Shown here one piece after another: positions 50,497 through 64,000 of a DNA stretch of 64,000 nucleotides (positions within the stretch are counted from its first letter, which is position 1; each line of letters opens with the position of its first letter). A program made the position numbers and the translations under genes. The DNA is taken from assembly GCA_964016885.1 (NCBI GenBank), contig OZ024748.1:14942001-15006000 (forward strand), given 5' to 3'. Under the pieces are notes generated by a model that ran no database searches, was not told the origin of the DNA, and worked only from the letters and a program-made list of their open reading frames with translations. The stretch comes from Eledone cirrhosa. Taxonomy: Eukaryota.

Positions 50497-51777
50497 CATC
50501 AGTTTACACATCACCTTCTGAAAAACAATAAAATCTTATATTTTTCCTCACAACAAGAATCCAACTTCATCTTGTTTTTACCATTCATCTTATCTAACCT
50601 GGCTATGAGCCAATCAAAAGCCTCTACATGGTGGATCAGTATGCTAGAATTAGCAGCAAAGCCCTCTTGAATCATCATCTCCCTCCTACTATATTAAAGT
50701 AGGGTGTGATTTGTTTAGAATACACCTGAGGCTTTATAAAAATATAGCAACCACCATTGCCACAGTTTAACTAGGCTATACACTCCACCATATACACTAT
50801 ATTCACCCTCAAACACTGACTATATACCCCGTGGGGAAACTCCTACCCTGTTCCAGTCACCTATTTATCTTAATTAGATATTGGGAATAAAGAACCTTAC
50901 AGGTATTCAGTATGATAGATGCACACCCTGCTTTTATTCCTACCTTTTTACCAACATAATTTACATTCTCTTTCTATCTTTTCCTATTTATCCCTATAAA
51001 TTTTATGAACTATTTTGTTACCACTTTTCTAATGAAAGATACTCTCTAGGATTATAAAATTACTTCGAAAATAAAGAAGAATTGGGATGGATTTAGTAAT
51101 ACAACCAAATTTCTCATTATTAACGCTTTATATTTACTATTGTATTTTTGTGGTAAAGGCTTAACCTCACCTAATTATCTCACATATCGAATCTATGGGG
51201 TTGATAAAATAAAGCACCAGTAATGCACTAGGACAATTGTTGGCCTTGTGCCCAAGTAGAAACAATTATTTATGTTGAGAACAATACCTTAACGTCAGTA
51301 TGAGTGGCCAGTTATGGCCGGTTTTAACAGAAAGAGGTGAGAGAATTCTGGCTAGATAAGGCCAGTTTAGAGGCTAAAGGGTTAAGTTGGTACCTGGAAC
51401 ATAATTTAAGTCATACATGATTGAAAGTGATGGCTGTTGCTTTTGTATGTGTAGGAGTAAAAGAGAAAAAGCAATCCCAGAAAGAATTCTATCAGTGAAT
51501 GAGGCAAAAACAAAGCAGAAAGAATGACTGATTGAAGAAATATTAAAGAGATAGAGAAGGAGATAAGGATGGATATTGGTGGAGGAAGTGGGTGGGGGTG
51601 AATAAGACAAACAAACAAAATTGGAATAAGGAAATAAGGAAAAAAAATCTGAGTTTATTTAGTAAGATGGAGATATTAGATAGTTTCCTTGTTGTTTTTC
51701 TTCTTCTTCTTCTCCCCTTTCACTATCAACACTATTAACATCACTACTAACACCACAACTACTACTACTATCACCAG

Positions 51778-51920
51778 GTGTAGTGTAGTGTGGTGTAGTG
51801 TGGTGTAGCGTTGCGTGGTATGTGATGTAGTGTGGCATGGTGTAGTGTAGTGTGTGGTGTGGTATGTGATGTAGTCTGGAGTGTTGTGGTGTAGTGTGGT
51901 GTGGCATGGTTGGGTGTTCA
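51778..51920. repeat. (GTGTA/GTGTG)n pentamer repeat
   Basis: Direct read. Confidence 0.85.
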
Positions 51921-52608
51921 AGTGAATCTTGTTGGAGAAGAAAAGAAAGAGAATGGGATGGAAAATAAAAATAAAGGAAAATAGAAAAAATAGTAAATCT
52001 AAGTTAATAGACAGAAATTGAAAGAATGTGTGGGCACAGTGGGGGTGATTTGAAGTGGAGTAGGGTAGAAGTTGTAGTTGATATGAGGATGAGGAGGGCT
52101 TTACTGGTTAATTTTAATTTCATGTTGAGGGTAAATACCAACAGGGGATACAGGAATTGTAATAGAAAGTTGGAGAACTGAAAGTCCCAGGGGATCGGGA
52201 TAAAATACTGGGGGATTACACAAATAATTGAGGAAATTTAATGGGGAAAAGAACTGATATGAGAGGGAGGAGAGAGAGGGGGGGGGGGAAGAGAAGGGAA
52301 TGAAAGAGAGAGCGAGAGAGAGAGAGGAGGGGAAGAAGGGAATGAAAGAGAGAGTGAGAGAGAAAGAGAGTGAGAGAGTGAGAGAGAAAGAGAGAGAGAG
52401 AGTAAATAAGCCAGAGAGAATGATTGAGAGGAAAATGAATAATAGAGAGTGAATAAGTGATAAAGAGAAAGAATGCAAAAGAAAATGAGAGACTGAAAGA
52501 GAGAGAGAGAGAATAAAACATTAAAAAATCGCATTAATAAATAAGTGAGAAAGATAATGTTAGTGATGGAGGAGTGTTGGATTATTAAAATGAAATTACT
52601 CTAATGAA

Positions 52609-53040
52609 GGCGGTGAATTGGCAGAGTTGTTAAGACGTCAGATAAAATGCTTCATGGTATTTGTCCCACCCCATTGTACGCTCTGAGTTCAAATCCTGCC
52701 GAGGTTAACTTTGCCTTTCATCTTCACAGGGTCGATAAAATAAAGTACCAGTAATGCACTGGGATTATTGCTGGCCTTGTGCCAAAAGTAGAAACAATTA
52801 TTTATTATCATCATAAAGGGCAATGGATTGGCAGTATCGGTAGAGTGACAGACACCATGCTCCATGGCACAAAGTTATGTCTCTTTACATTCTGAAAATC
52901 CTGCTGAAGTTAGCTTTGACTTACATCCTTATGGGGTTGATAACATAAAGTACCATTCCAGTATTGATGTCAATGTAGATGATTTTTCCTTCACCTAAAT
53001 CTGTTGCCATTTTCCCCAAATCACAAACCATTATTATCAT
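52609..53040 (+). mobile_element. Two tandem Nin/Deu SINEs
   Basis: Copies at 52609-52805 and 52818-53040. Confidence 0.85.
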
Positions 53041-53047
53041 TACTATT

Positions 53048-53340
53048 ATCGTCATTTTACGACCATCTTTAAATGCCTGCATGGGTTGGACAGACCCCCG
53101 CCCCCCACAAGCACAGCTTCCTTTCACTTGTTTCATTCCTTTGTCATCTCCTTTATTAGGTTTGGTGTTCTGAGATGCCCTCTTATCACATTTGCTGAGG
53201 TTTTCCTCAGTCTTCCTCACTATGGGCTCTTAATTCTTGAGGGGAGTCAGATGGATCCTGTCATAGTACATGGCATGTCTTGGGCCATTAAACTAAGCAG
53301 AGCCCATTTCTTATCAAGTCTGAACATAGTCAATTTCTTC
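53048..53340 (-). pseudogene. RTE LINE 3' remnant
   Basis: The reverse strand gives GHAMYYD..RKTEEN..GDDKGMK and the tail GTCCAACCCATGCAGGCAT..GGTCGTAAAATGACGAT. Confidence 0.55.
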
Positions 53341-54089
53341 TAGAGAAAGAAGAGGGAAAGAAAGAGAGAGAGAGAGGGGAGGGAAAGAGAAAGAGAGAAA
53401 GGTAGAATCAGCCCTCATATTGAACTGGTACTATTGATTGCAACATAATGTATAACAAAGTTTAGAGCCCTGAGAGCTGGAGCAAATATTGTAAATCATT
53501 CTAATTATCATTCTAAACGCTCTACCAATTCCCTACCATAGAAATGGAGATATAAGCCATATTACTAACAGAATGGAAACAGAATTGTCTACAAAACGAA
53601 AAAATATATATATATAATTATATATATAATAACAAATATGTAAGTAAAATAATAATAAAAAAACTCTAGTTGTAGAAGCAATAATAATAATAAATACATA
53701 AAATATACTCAGATAAAAAAGCAAACACAAAGGAAAAAGGGAAAAGTATGAATATGAAAAGCTGAATGGTGATATATGAGGAAAGTTTTGTGGTTTTGAC
53801 CATATAACCATGATGATAGTAGAATTAGTTACATTGCAAGGGGTGTTTTCATGAAGTTAGATATAATATTATTGAAGATGTTGTTTTATCTATAGTTAAA
53901 GCTATTTCTTTGATATATTTTACAGGCTTTTGTCAATATACTTATCCACTTTTATTTGGGAGAAGTGAAAAGTTTAGAAGTTTGATTTTCCTTTTCTATA
54001 CATTTCTATAGATATATCTATAAATGTCTCTATAATTCTCTCTCTCTCAATGTATAATAAAGTAGATCTCTCTACTTATTAAACGTGCA

Positions 54090-54190
<101 letters not shown>

Positions 54191-54315
54191 CACCTATCTC
54201 TATGCTCATTCTGCATCTCCCATGCACTGAGTACTCCAATGATTAGTGGTCTCTTTGGTCTCAGCACCACAGACTCTCTCTCTATCTCTATTATATATAT
54301 ATATGTATATATATA

Positions 54316-54490
54316 CAAGGGTAATCCCAAAAGTAAGGTCTCCTTCCGAGGAAAACATGCGTGAAGATCTGCGGATCCCTCTGGATGGTCTCTGCATTTT
54401 GGTTCCTGAGGTTTCCTGAAGCACCATCCACAGGATTTTAACGGAAAAGTTGCAATATCGGAAGGAGACCTTACTTTTGGGATTGCCCTC

Positions 54491-54491
<1 letters not shown>
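54316..54491. mobile_element. Mariner-type MITE (176 bp, ~34-bp TIRs, TA target)
   Basis: TA|CAAGGGTAATCCCAAAAGTAAGGTCTCCTTCCGA...TCGGAAGGAGACCTTACTTTTGGGATTGCCCTCG|TA. Confidence 0.9.
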
Positions 54492-54537
<46 letters not shown>

Positions 54538-54944
54538 CATATGTGCGTTCCTGTTTGGAACAGACATAAGCATAATTTAAAATATTCAAAAGATAATGCA
54601 GAGTGAGTATATTTTCATTCCTTAAATGGATGTGTTTCATAGAACTAGTTCTGTTCTGTTCTCTAAAGTTCTAAGGATTCTTGGATAAATTCTTAGACAA
54701 GGAAACATTTTTGTATTTTAATCATTATTTCTGCTTACAGCAGAATAGGAAATATCACATACATATTTCTCTGCATTTAGATTGAGTTCTGCTCTTGATT
54801 AACACTGAGACCATTTTAGGATCTGATCTACTCAGGTATCATAGACTCCAAACAGATTTTAGAGTGACTACTCATGATTGATATTCAGAAAATATTTGGA
54901 TCTGGTCCCTTCATCTACTTATGACCCCCCCCCCCCCCTTCAAA

Positions 54945-55002
54945 GAAACATAACTGTAATGAACAAAAGTGGGCTGAGAACCAAACCTAGATGTACACCA
55001 AG
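54945..55002 (-). pseudogene. Short RTE RT motif remnant
   Basis: LGVHLGLVLSPLLFITVM resembles VGVHQGSVLSPLLFIIV. Confidence 0.55.
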
Positions 55003-55252
55003 AAGCTTTCATCACAAAACTTCCTCACTACACATATTTCTTAAATACCATTATATTACACATCATAGTATTGCTGAAACTTCAAAGTCACTGCCACAAA
55101 TTTCTTTAGAAAAAAATTTTTAATTTTCCTTACATGTATTGAGTGCTCATTCAGTTAATGTTTGAACGTTTTATGTCCATGTGTATATATAACAGCCACT
55201 TAAGTATGCACATGTGTGTGTGTATATATATATTTATATATTATGTATATGT

Positions 55253-55313
<61 letters not shown>

Positions 55314-55699
55314 AATATATATATATATATACACCCACACACAGAGCAACGTGCAAACACACACATATTAGAAGAAGCTCTTAGCGATGAAGTGAAACTA
55401 TACTAAAAATTGATTAATAGACTCAAGTCATGCATTTAGCCAAAAGTATACGCACATATTTTTCTGTTTCCCAAACAGAAACACACACACACTTACACAC
55501 ACCAGCATGCATATCCACATACATACACCAGCACACATATAAAACACACACACACACACACACATTCTCTTTAAAAAATATCTTCCCAATATTTTCAGTG
55601 ATTTACTTATATTTTCATTCCATTTGTGATCTTTCGAGTAAAACAAGATAGGTTTGAATATATTTTTGTCTACTTATTTCTTGCCATTTGTGCTTCACA

Positions 55700-58020
<2,321 letters not shown>

Positions 58021-58284
58021 GTATTAGTTATACTATTTATGGTTATGCAAATACAAAACCTTAAGCAGTTGTAAGTATTTTACACACACCCTAAATAGTG
58101 GTAGGCAGTAATGTATTACTACCTTATTACCAGTAAGTTAAGTAGCTCAATGTAAAAACATCAGATGATTTACAGAGCAGTTATATGAAATATAAGAATC
58201 AAAGAACTGCTCAAAACATTATTGTGCTTACATTGTAAGCACAATAATGTTTTGAGCAGTTCTTTGATTCTTATATTTCATATA
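58021..58284. mobile_element. Fold-back mini-element with perfect 51-bp arms
   Basis: 58182-58232 and 58234-58284 form a perfect inverted repeat with a 1-nt loop. The left arm is extended by a 160-nt tail containing GTAGCTCAATGT. No hammerhead core is retained. Confidence 0.75.
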
Positions 58285-58342
58285 TACATATATATATATA
58301 TATGTATACATATATATACATATATATATATACATATATATG

Positions 58343-58385
<43 letters not shown>

Positions 58386-58453
58386 GTATATATATGTATA
58401 CATATATATATATATATATGTATACATATATATATATGTATATATATGTATAC

Positions 58454-58485
<32 letters not shown>

Positions 58486-58625
58486 GTATATATATGTATA
58501 CATATATATATATATATATGTATACATATATATATATGTATATATATGTATACATATATATATATATATGTATACATATATATATGTATATATATGTATA
58601 GATATATATATATATATATGTATAC

Positions 58626-58680
<55 letters not shown>

Positions 58681-58683
58681 TGT

Positions 58684-58758
<75 letters not shown>

Positions 58759-58761
58759 TGT

Positions 58762-58819
<58 letters not shown>

Positions 58820-58886
58820 GTATACATATATATATATATATATATATGTATACATATATATATATGTATACATATATATATATATG

Positions 58887-58917
<31 letters not shown>

Positions 58918-58945
58918 GTATACATATATATATATATATGTATAC

Positions 58946-58979
<34 letters not shown>

Positions 58980-59001
58980 GTATACATATATATATGTATA
59001 C

Positions 59002-59033
<32 letters not shown>

Positions 59034-59042
59034 GTATATATG

Positions 59043-59113
<71 letters not shown>

Positions 59114-59115
59114 AC

Positions 59116-59190
<75 letters not shown>
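58285..59190. repeat. ~0.9-kb interrupted (TA)n array
   Basis: TA with TG and TGTATACA interruptions. Confidence 0.95.
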
Positions 59191-59191
<1 letters not shown>

Positions 59192-59338
59192 CATACATGC
59201 TATATATATACTCATATTCTATACATCCCACATATTTATATATACTCAATATTCTATATGTTCTAAGTTAAATCTTTTCACTGCAAGACTTTCCACAACA
59301 AGGCACATTTCTCATATAATGGACATACACACACATAA

Positions 59339-59373
<35 letters not shown>

Positions 59374-60608
59374 CACACACACACACGGATATATATATAT
59401 ATATATGTGCGTGTGTGTGTGTTCTATGTATACGTTTTATGTATTCTAAGTGAAATCTTTTCACTCCAAGTCTTCCATAACTAAGCACATTTCTCTTATA
59501 AGACACATATACACACATATCACACATATATATTGATAACATTATTGCCAACACCCTATTAATCCTAATTTCATTTCCCTTCTCCACACACCATTTCTTC
59601 CGTCACTCACTCACACTTTTGCTTTCATTTCTATATATATATACAAACACATACACATACCCATCTCATGCAAGCATGGAAACAAAAAACGGTAGTAAAA
59701 TGAGAACACACACACACATTCTTTTTTTTTTTTGCATATTTCTATTAATTCAACTTCAGGAAAAAGTGGAACTACATGAGGATTCAGTAGCAGTCAACCA
59801 CATATACACACACACACATATCTATATACACACAATTTAAATAAATATATGAGAGCTAGTGATAATTTAATATGTTGGTCCTTGGTTCCTTCCCAACATG
59901 ACTATGTATTTTCTATAGATATTGACTTTCAGTACTCCAGAATGGGCTTGCTTGACAAACCTACAAATGATATAAACACTACCCTCTCTAACCATTTCCC
60001 TCTTTATTTAGTTTAATAAGTATATGAATTGTGATATAGTATATTAACCATTTTGAGGCGAGCCTGGCCCAAAACCCAGCTTTGGTTCTGTGAAACAGAA
60101 CCACCCATTTTAAAGGGTTCCTATTTATATTAAAAACATACAACATAACTTTATACAGGTACCATATATTAAGATGCGATCTTTTTTGGAATCAATTGAC
60201 AAGATCTCAGATCTCATTATCTTACAAAGTGGCATGGAACTCCTTGAATCGGACAAACGAAACAAAGTTTCTATTGGTCTTTCCACAGCTGATAGTATCT
60301 ACCAGTCACAACTCCTGGAAGAAAGAGCAATATGAAATAAAGTGTCTTGTTCAAGAGCATAATGTTTCACCCAGTCCTGGAATCAAACTCACAACCTTAC
60401 AATTGGGAACCACTAAGCCTCATGCCTTCACTATCTTAGTAATGTAATATCAAATAATTTCAGTAAGTCCCTCAAAACACTTCATTAAATAATTTAAGTA
60501 GAGTTCATTTCATTATAAAAGGGTTAAATGAAATATGAGGATACAATTATATAATACAACCGGCATTTTTAGGCCATTTTCTCTGCTAAAGTTTCATTCA
60601 CATTATGG

Positions 60609-60935
60609 TGTCCTTTGGGTTGCAATGTTTCATGGTCAGATGCCTTTTTGGCTGCAATGTTTAATGGTCAGATGTCCTTTGGGCTGCAATGTTTAATGGT
60701 CAGATGTCCTTTGGGTTGCAATGTTTAATGGTCAGATGTCCTTTGGGCTGCAATGTTTAATGGTCAGATGTCCTTTGGGTTGCAATGTTTAATGGCCAGA
60801 TGTCTTTTGGGCTGCAATGTTTAATGGTAAGATGTCCTTTGGGTTGCAATGTTTAATGGTCAGATATCCTTTGGGTTGCAATGTTTGATGGTCAGATGCC
60901 CTTTGGGCTGCAATGTTTGATGGTCAGATGCCCTT
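60609..60935. repeat. 32-bp minisatellite x10
   Basis: Unit TGTCCTTTGGGYTGCAATGTTTAATGGTCAGA with no spacers. Confidence 0.95.
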
Positions 60936-61403
60936 CCAAGTGACAACTCTTTTATAACAAGCACAGCAATATGTATGCATGATTTATTTTAAGCTAGTCT
61001 AATTGAGTGTATGTGCCATGAAATTGTGACTGGCAACTGATTCCTGATAAATATACTCTCTACATTATTCGTTCTTTGCTTTTGTGAAGCAGGTCTTGGT
61101 CTTATTTTACAGTTGAATTGTCTATGTTAAATAAATACTTCAAGAACAGAAGTAGAATGTATAGAAAATAACAACAAGAATGACAACATGAACAATCCAC
61201 ATTTATGAATACAGATATAATTTATTTGTTAATTAAGAAAAATTTCAATGAGAGTGGTCATATTTTCAGATGCACACTGTGTTGTTAACTGAAATATATA
61301 AGATAACACTTTTGCTTTTATTTTATAATTATTCTCATAATAATTGAGCAAATATACATGTAGTTTTGTCTCAAATTAATGAAATTAAATGTATGTATAT
61401 GTA

Positions 61404-61435
<32 letters not shown>

Positions 61436-61917
61436 CATACATACATATATATACATATAACACATATGCTTATATCTATACAAATATAGCAATACGTGCT
61501 AGTAAATTTATGTATAATTAACCATGTCTAAATCAGTTAAGTATAACTGCATGAACAAAATTCTCTCTGTGTGTGTGTATGTATATATATATATGTGTGT
61601 GTGTGTGTGCGTAAATACACACATATACATAGTGAATATGGAAATTATGTAGTTAAATATAAGCTCGAAATCTACTGGAAGTCGGTAATAAATTTTGTTC
61701 ATTTCATTTAATTAATCAACTAAAGTACAGCAGCCAAGAAAAAATATATGAATAATAATATTAGCATGAATAAATTCACACCTAATGTGATTATTCTGTT
61801 GTTATTGTTGTTGTCATTGTTATGGTTATTATTGTTGGTATTGAAGAGGAAGTCAATAGGATTGGTTTTATGAAGTTACTACTGTTTAGAATATATCCAT
61901 GGAATACATATAAATAT

Positions 61918-61985
<68 letters not shown>

Positions 61986-62054
61986 GTATCTAAGTATGCA
62001 TGTATATAATAAGAAGATAGTGGAGATGTTACATAGGAGATTTATTGCTTAATC

Positions 62055-62142
62055 CTGATTAGAAATGTTTTCCAAGCATCTGGCTCGTGATCTGGAATGG
62101 CACCCCAGACCAGACTCCAAGACCTTCTGATCCTCAGACCAG
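62055..62142 (-). ncRNA. Hammerhead-like motif with long stem II
   Basis: The reverse strand reads CTGGT-CTGAGGA-(..TGGTCTGGGGT-GCC-ATTCCAGATCA..)-GAAA-ACATTTCTA-ATCAG, with AATAAA at 62041-62046. Confidence 0.6.
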
Positions 62143-62400
62143 TGTTAACAGAACAAAAATTGCATCAAATGTGTGGACGAACCACCAAAAACACAATAAA
62201 CATATAGAATGACCAAACACGGGCCTAGAATTTAACAGGCGCATCTCAAGCATAACAAGAAAAAACCGTTATAAACAAAAACTAGATTAACGGATATAAA
62301 TACAAATACTTTAGATTTAATGAACTTTCTACTTATATATACATACATATATACACATACATACACACACACACACACACATATATATATACACACACGC

Positions 62401-62437
<37 letters not shown>

Positions 62438-62749
62438 CACACACATATATATATATATATACATCCACCCACAATCATACAGACATATATATATACATAC
62501 ATACACACACATATATATATATATAGTGGCAATTTTATATATGTATAAAATTCTATTGAATAAAGTAGTTTAACTCTCATAATATACGAGAGAAGTACTC
62601 TGATTCATAAACATTATCACTTTTGAATGTTTGTATGTAAAAACGAACATAGCCAATTTGTATATGCCATGATTATATATTTATATTGAATGCATTGTGT
62701 AATATATTAGTCAATGATCATTATCATCACTTCATACCTGGTAACGAAT

Positions 62750-63045
62750 TAAGGGCTTTGAAAAGAGAAGATCTTGGAAGAATTGGAAAAAAATAAGTGA
62801 GCACGCTCGAGGAAATCAGATGTAGTGTATAAGGAAAAAGAAGAATCAAAACAGGCTCCAATAGTACACCCATGTAATGCATGTTGACGATGTTAGTTGT
62901 GTAAACATATTTCTGAGCACTAAATATGGATGGAAGCTGTGAAAGAGAAAGACCTCTGAAAACATGAAATAGAATGGTGAAAAACTGACCTCAAGAAGCC
63001 AAAACTTATGAAGAATGGAACAAAGAACTAAGATGCCATATATAT
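62750..63045 (+). pseudogene. RTE LINE C-terminal remnant
   Basis: Translates as RLQ*YTHVMHVDDVSCV..LNMDGSCERERPLKT*NRMV..DLKKPKL. Confidence 0.7.
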
Positions 63046-64000
63046 GCCCAAGCTCAGAGCCATATTTGGACCATGGGGTATCATGGCAGTTATTATGGGG
63101 GTATCCTGGCTGGTGGGGCCTGGCTGTTCTTAGATGGAGTCCTGTTTGACAAGGGGTGCCCAGGGCATTTGCCCTCTCTGCCTCTTGATACATCCAGTGT
63201 TGTCCAAGGCGTTGCATAGTGGGACTGAACCTTAAATCACATGGTTGTGAAACAAACCGTTTAACCACACAGGCTCGTCTACTAATTCAGTAAATTTTAC
63301 AATATGGGTTCATTAATAGTTGGTGACAAAACTGATTCAAGTAAAGCAAAAATGGCAACAGATGCAGATGTTCTTTTCAGAAAAATTTAAAACTTGGCAA
63401 AGAATTTGTAAAGTAAAAATATATTGCTTTGAAAGATTACAGAATATGTTGTTAAAAAAAAAAAAAAAAAAAAACTTTAATTTACTATATATTATTAGAA
63501 GTAAACTTTATATTGAAAAGGAAAGAAGTTATGAAACAAATAATTACCAGAATATAACAGGATAAGAAATAGATATTAGTAAAAATAGTAACAAGAAAAT
63601 GAAAAAGAAAACAAATATAGTATTTTGTGCGATTCCAGAAAGTTGAACTTTACAGAAACCAATGTATAAATTAGACTATGCTTGTTTGGACAAAAGAAAA
63701 TCTATCTGTTAATAATAGTAACCACTCCTTGTTGTAATTTTATAACAATTGACTAAATGACTAACATTGAAATTGTTGCTCCACTACAGGAAGACACCCT
63801 ACAGATAAGAATTGCTAATATTAAGTTGCATAACAATTTTTAAACTCAGTTACATATGCAGAAATATATGAATGTTTGAAATATCTTTATAGATACATAC
63901 ACATACAACATACATACATACAGACATCATCATCATCACCGTTTTACGTCCGTTCTTCCATGCTAGCATGGGTTAGACGGGTTGTCCTGTTGTGGGCAGT

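Noticed and set aside
60609-60935. CRISPR-like 32-bp repeats
   Set aside because: The units are contiguous with no unique spacers, no cas genes are present, and the context is eukaryotic.
63050-63200. Possible GC-rich hAT-type MITE
   Set aside because: The termini are too degenerate and no TSD could be read.

Overview
AT-rich, microsatellite-saturated animal DNA. The SINE repertoire and (TA)n/(CA)n load point to an octopus-like cephalopod intron or intergenic region (inference). No host protein-coding gene is supported; the long I/Y/H/T/C/V ORFs are translated microsatellites. Recognisable content: one well-preserved 5'-truncated CR1-group LINE (11070-12589), and decayed RTE, Rex3-like, R4/Dong and CRE non-LTR fragments. 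Also present are a Chapaev3-like transposase remnant, several tRNA-derived SINE families (Nin/Deu-domain, MetaSINE-like, RTE-tailed, OK/OR-like), and piggyBac- and mariner-type MITEs. The main signal not captured by the ORF track is about 20 type-I hammerhead-ribozyme-like cores (roughly 1 per 3 kb, both strands, many unrelated sequence families). They lie in short non-coding elements mostly embedded in (TA)n tracts. Many are fold-back palindromes centred on the ribozyme (stem II or its 5' edge), with one long and one short arm. The long arm often carries a shared TATYGAGYNCTC motif about 20-70 nt from the (TA)n junction. This looks like a (TA)n-targeted, Penelope-like/retrozyme-like mini-element system. 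All folds and alignments were done by eye; no ribozyme activity is shown.
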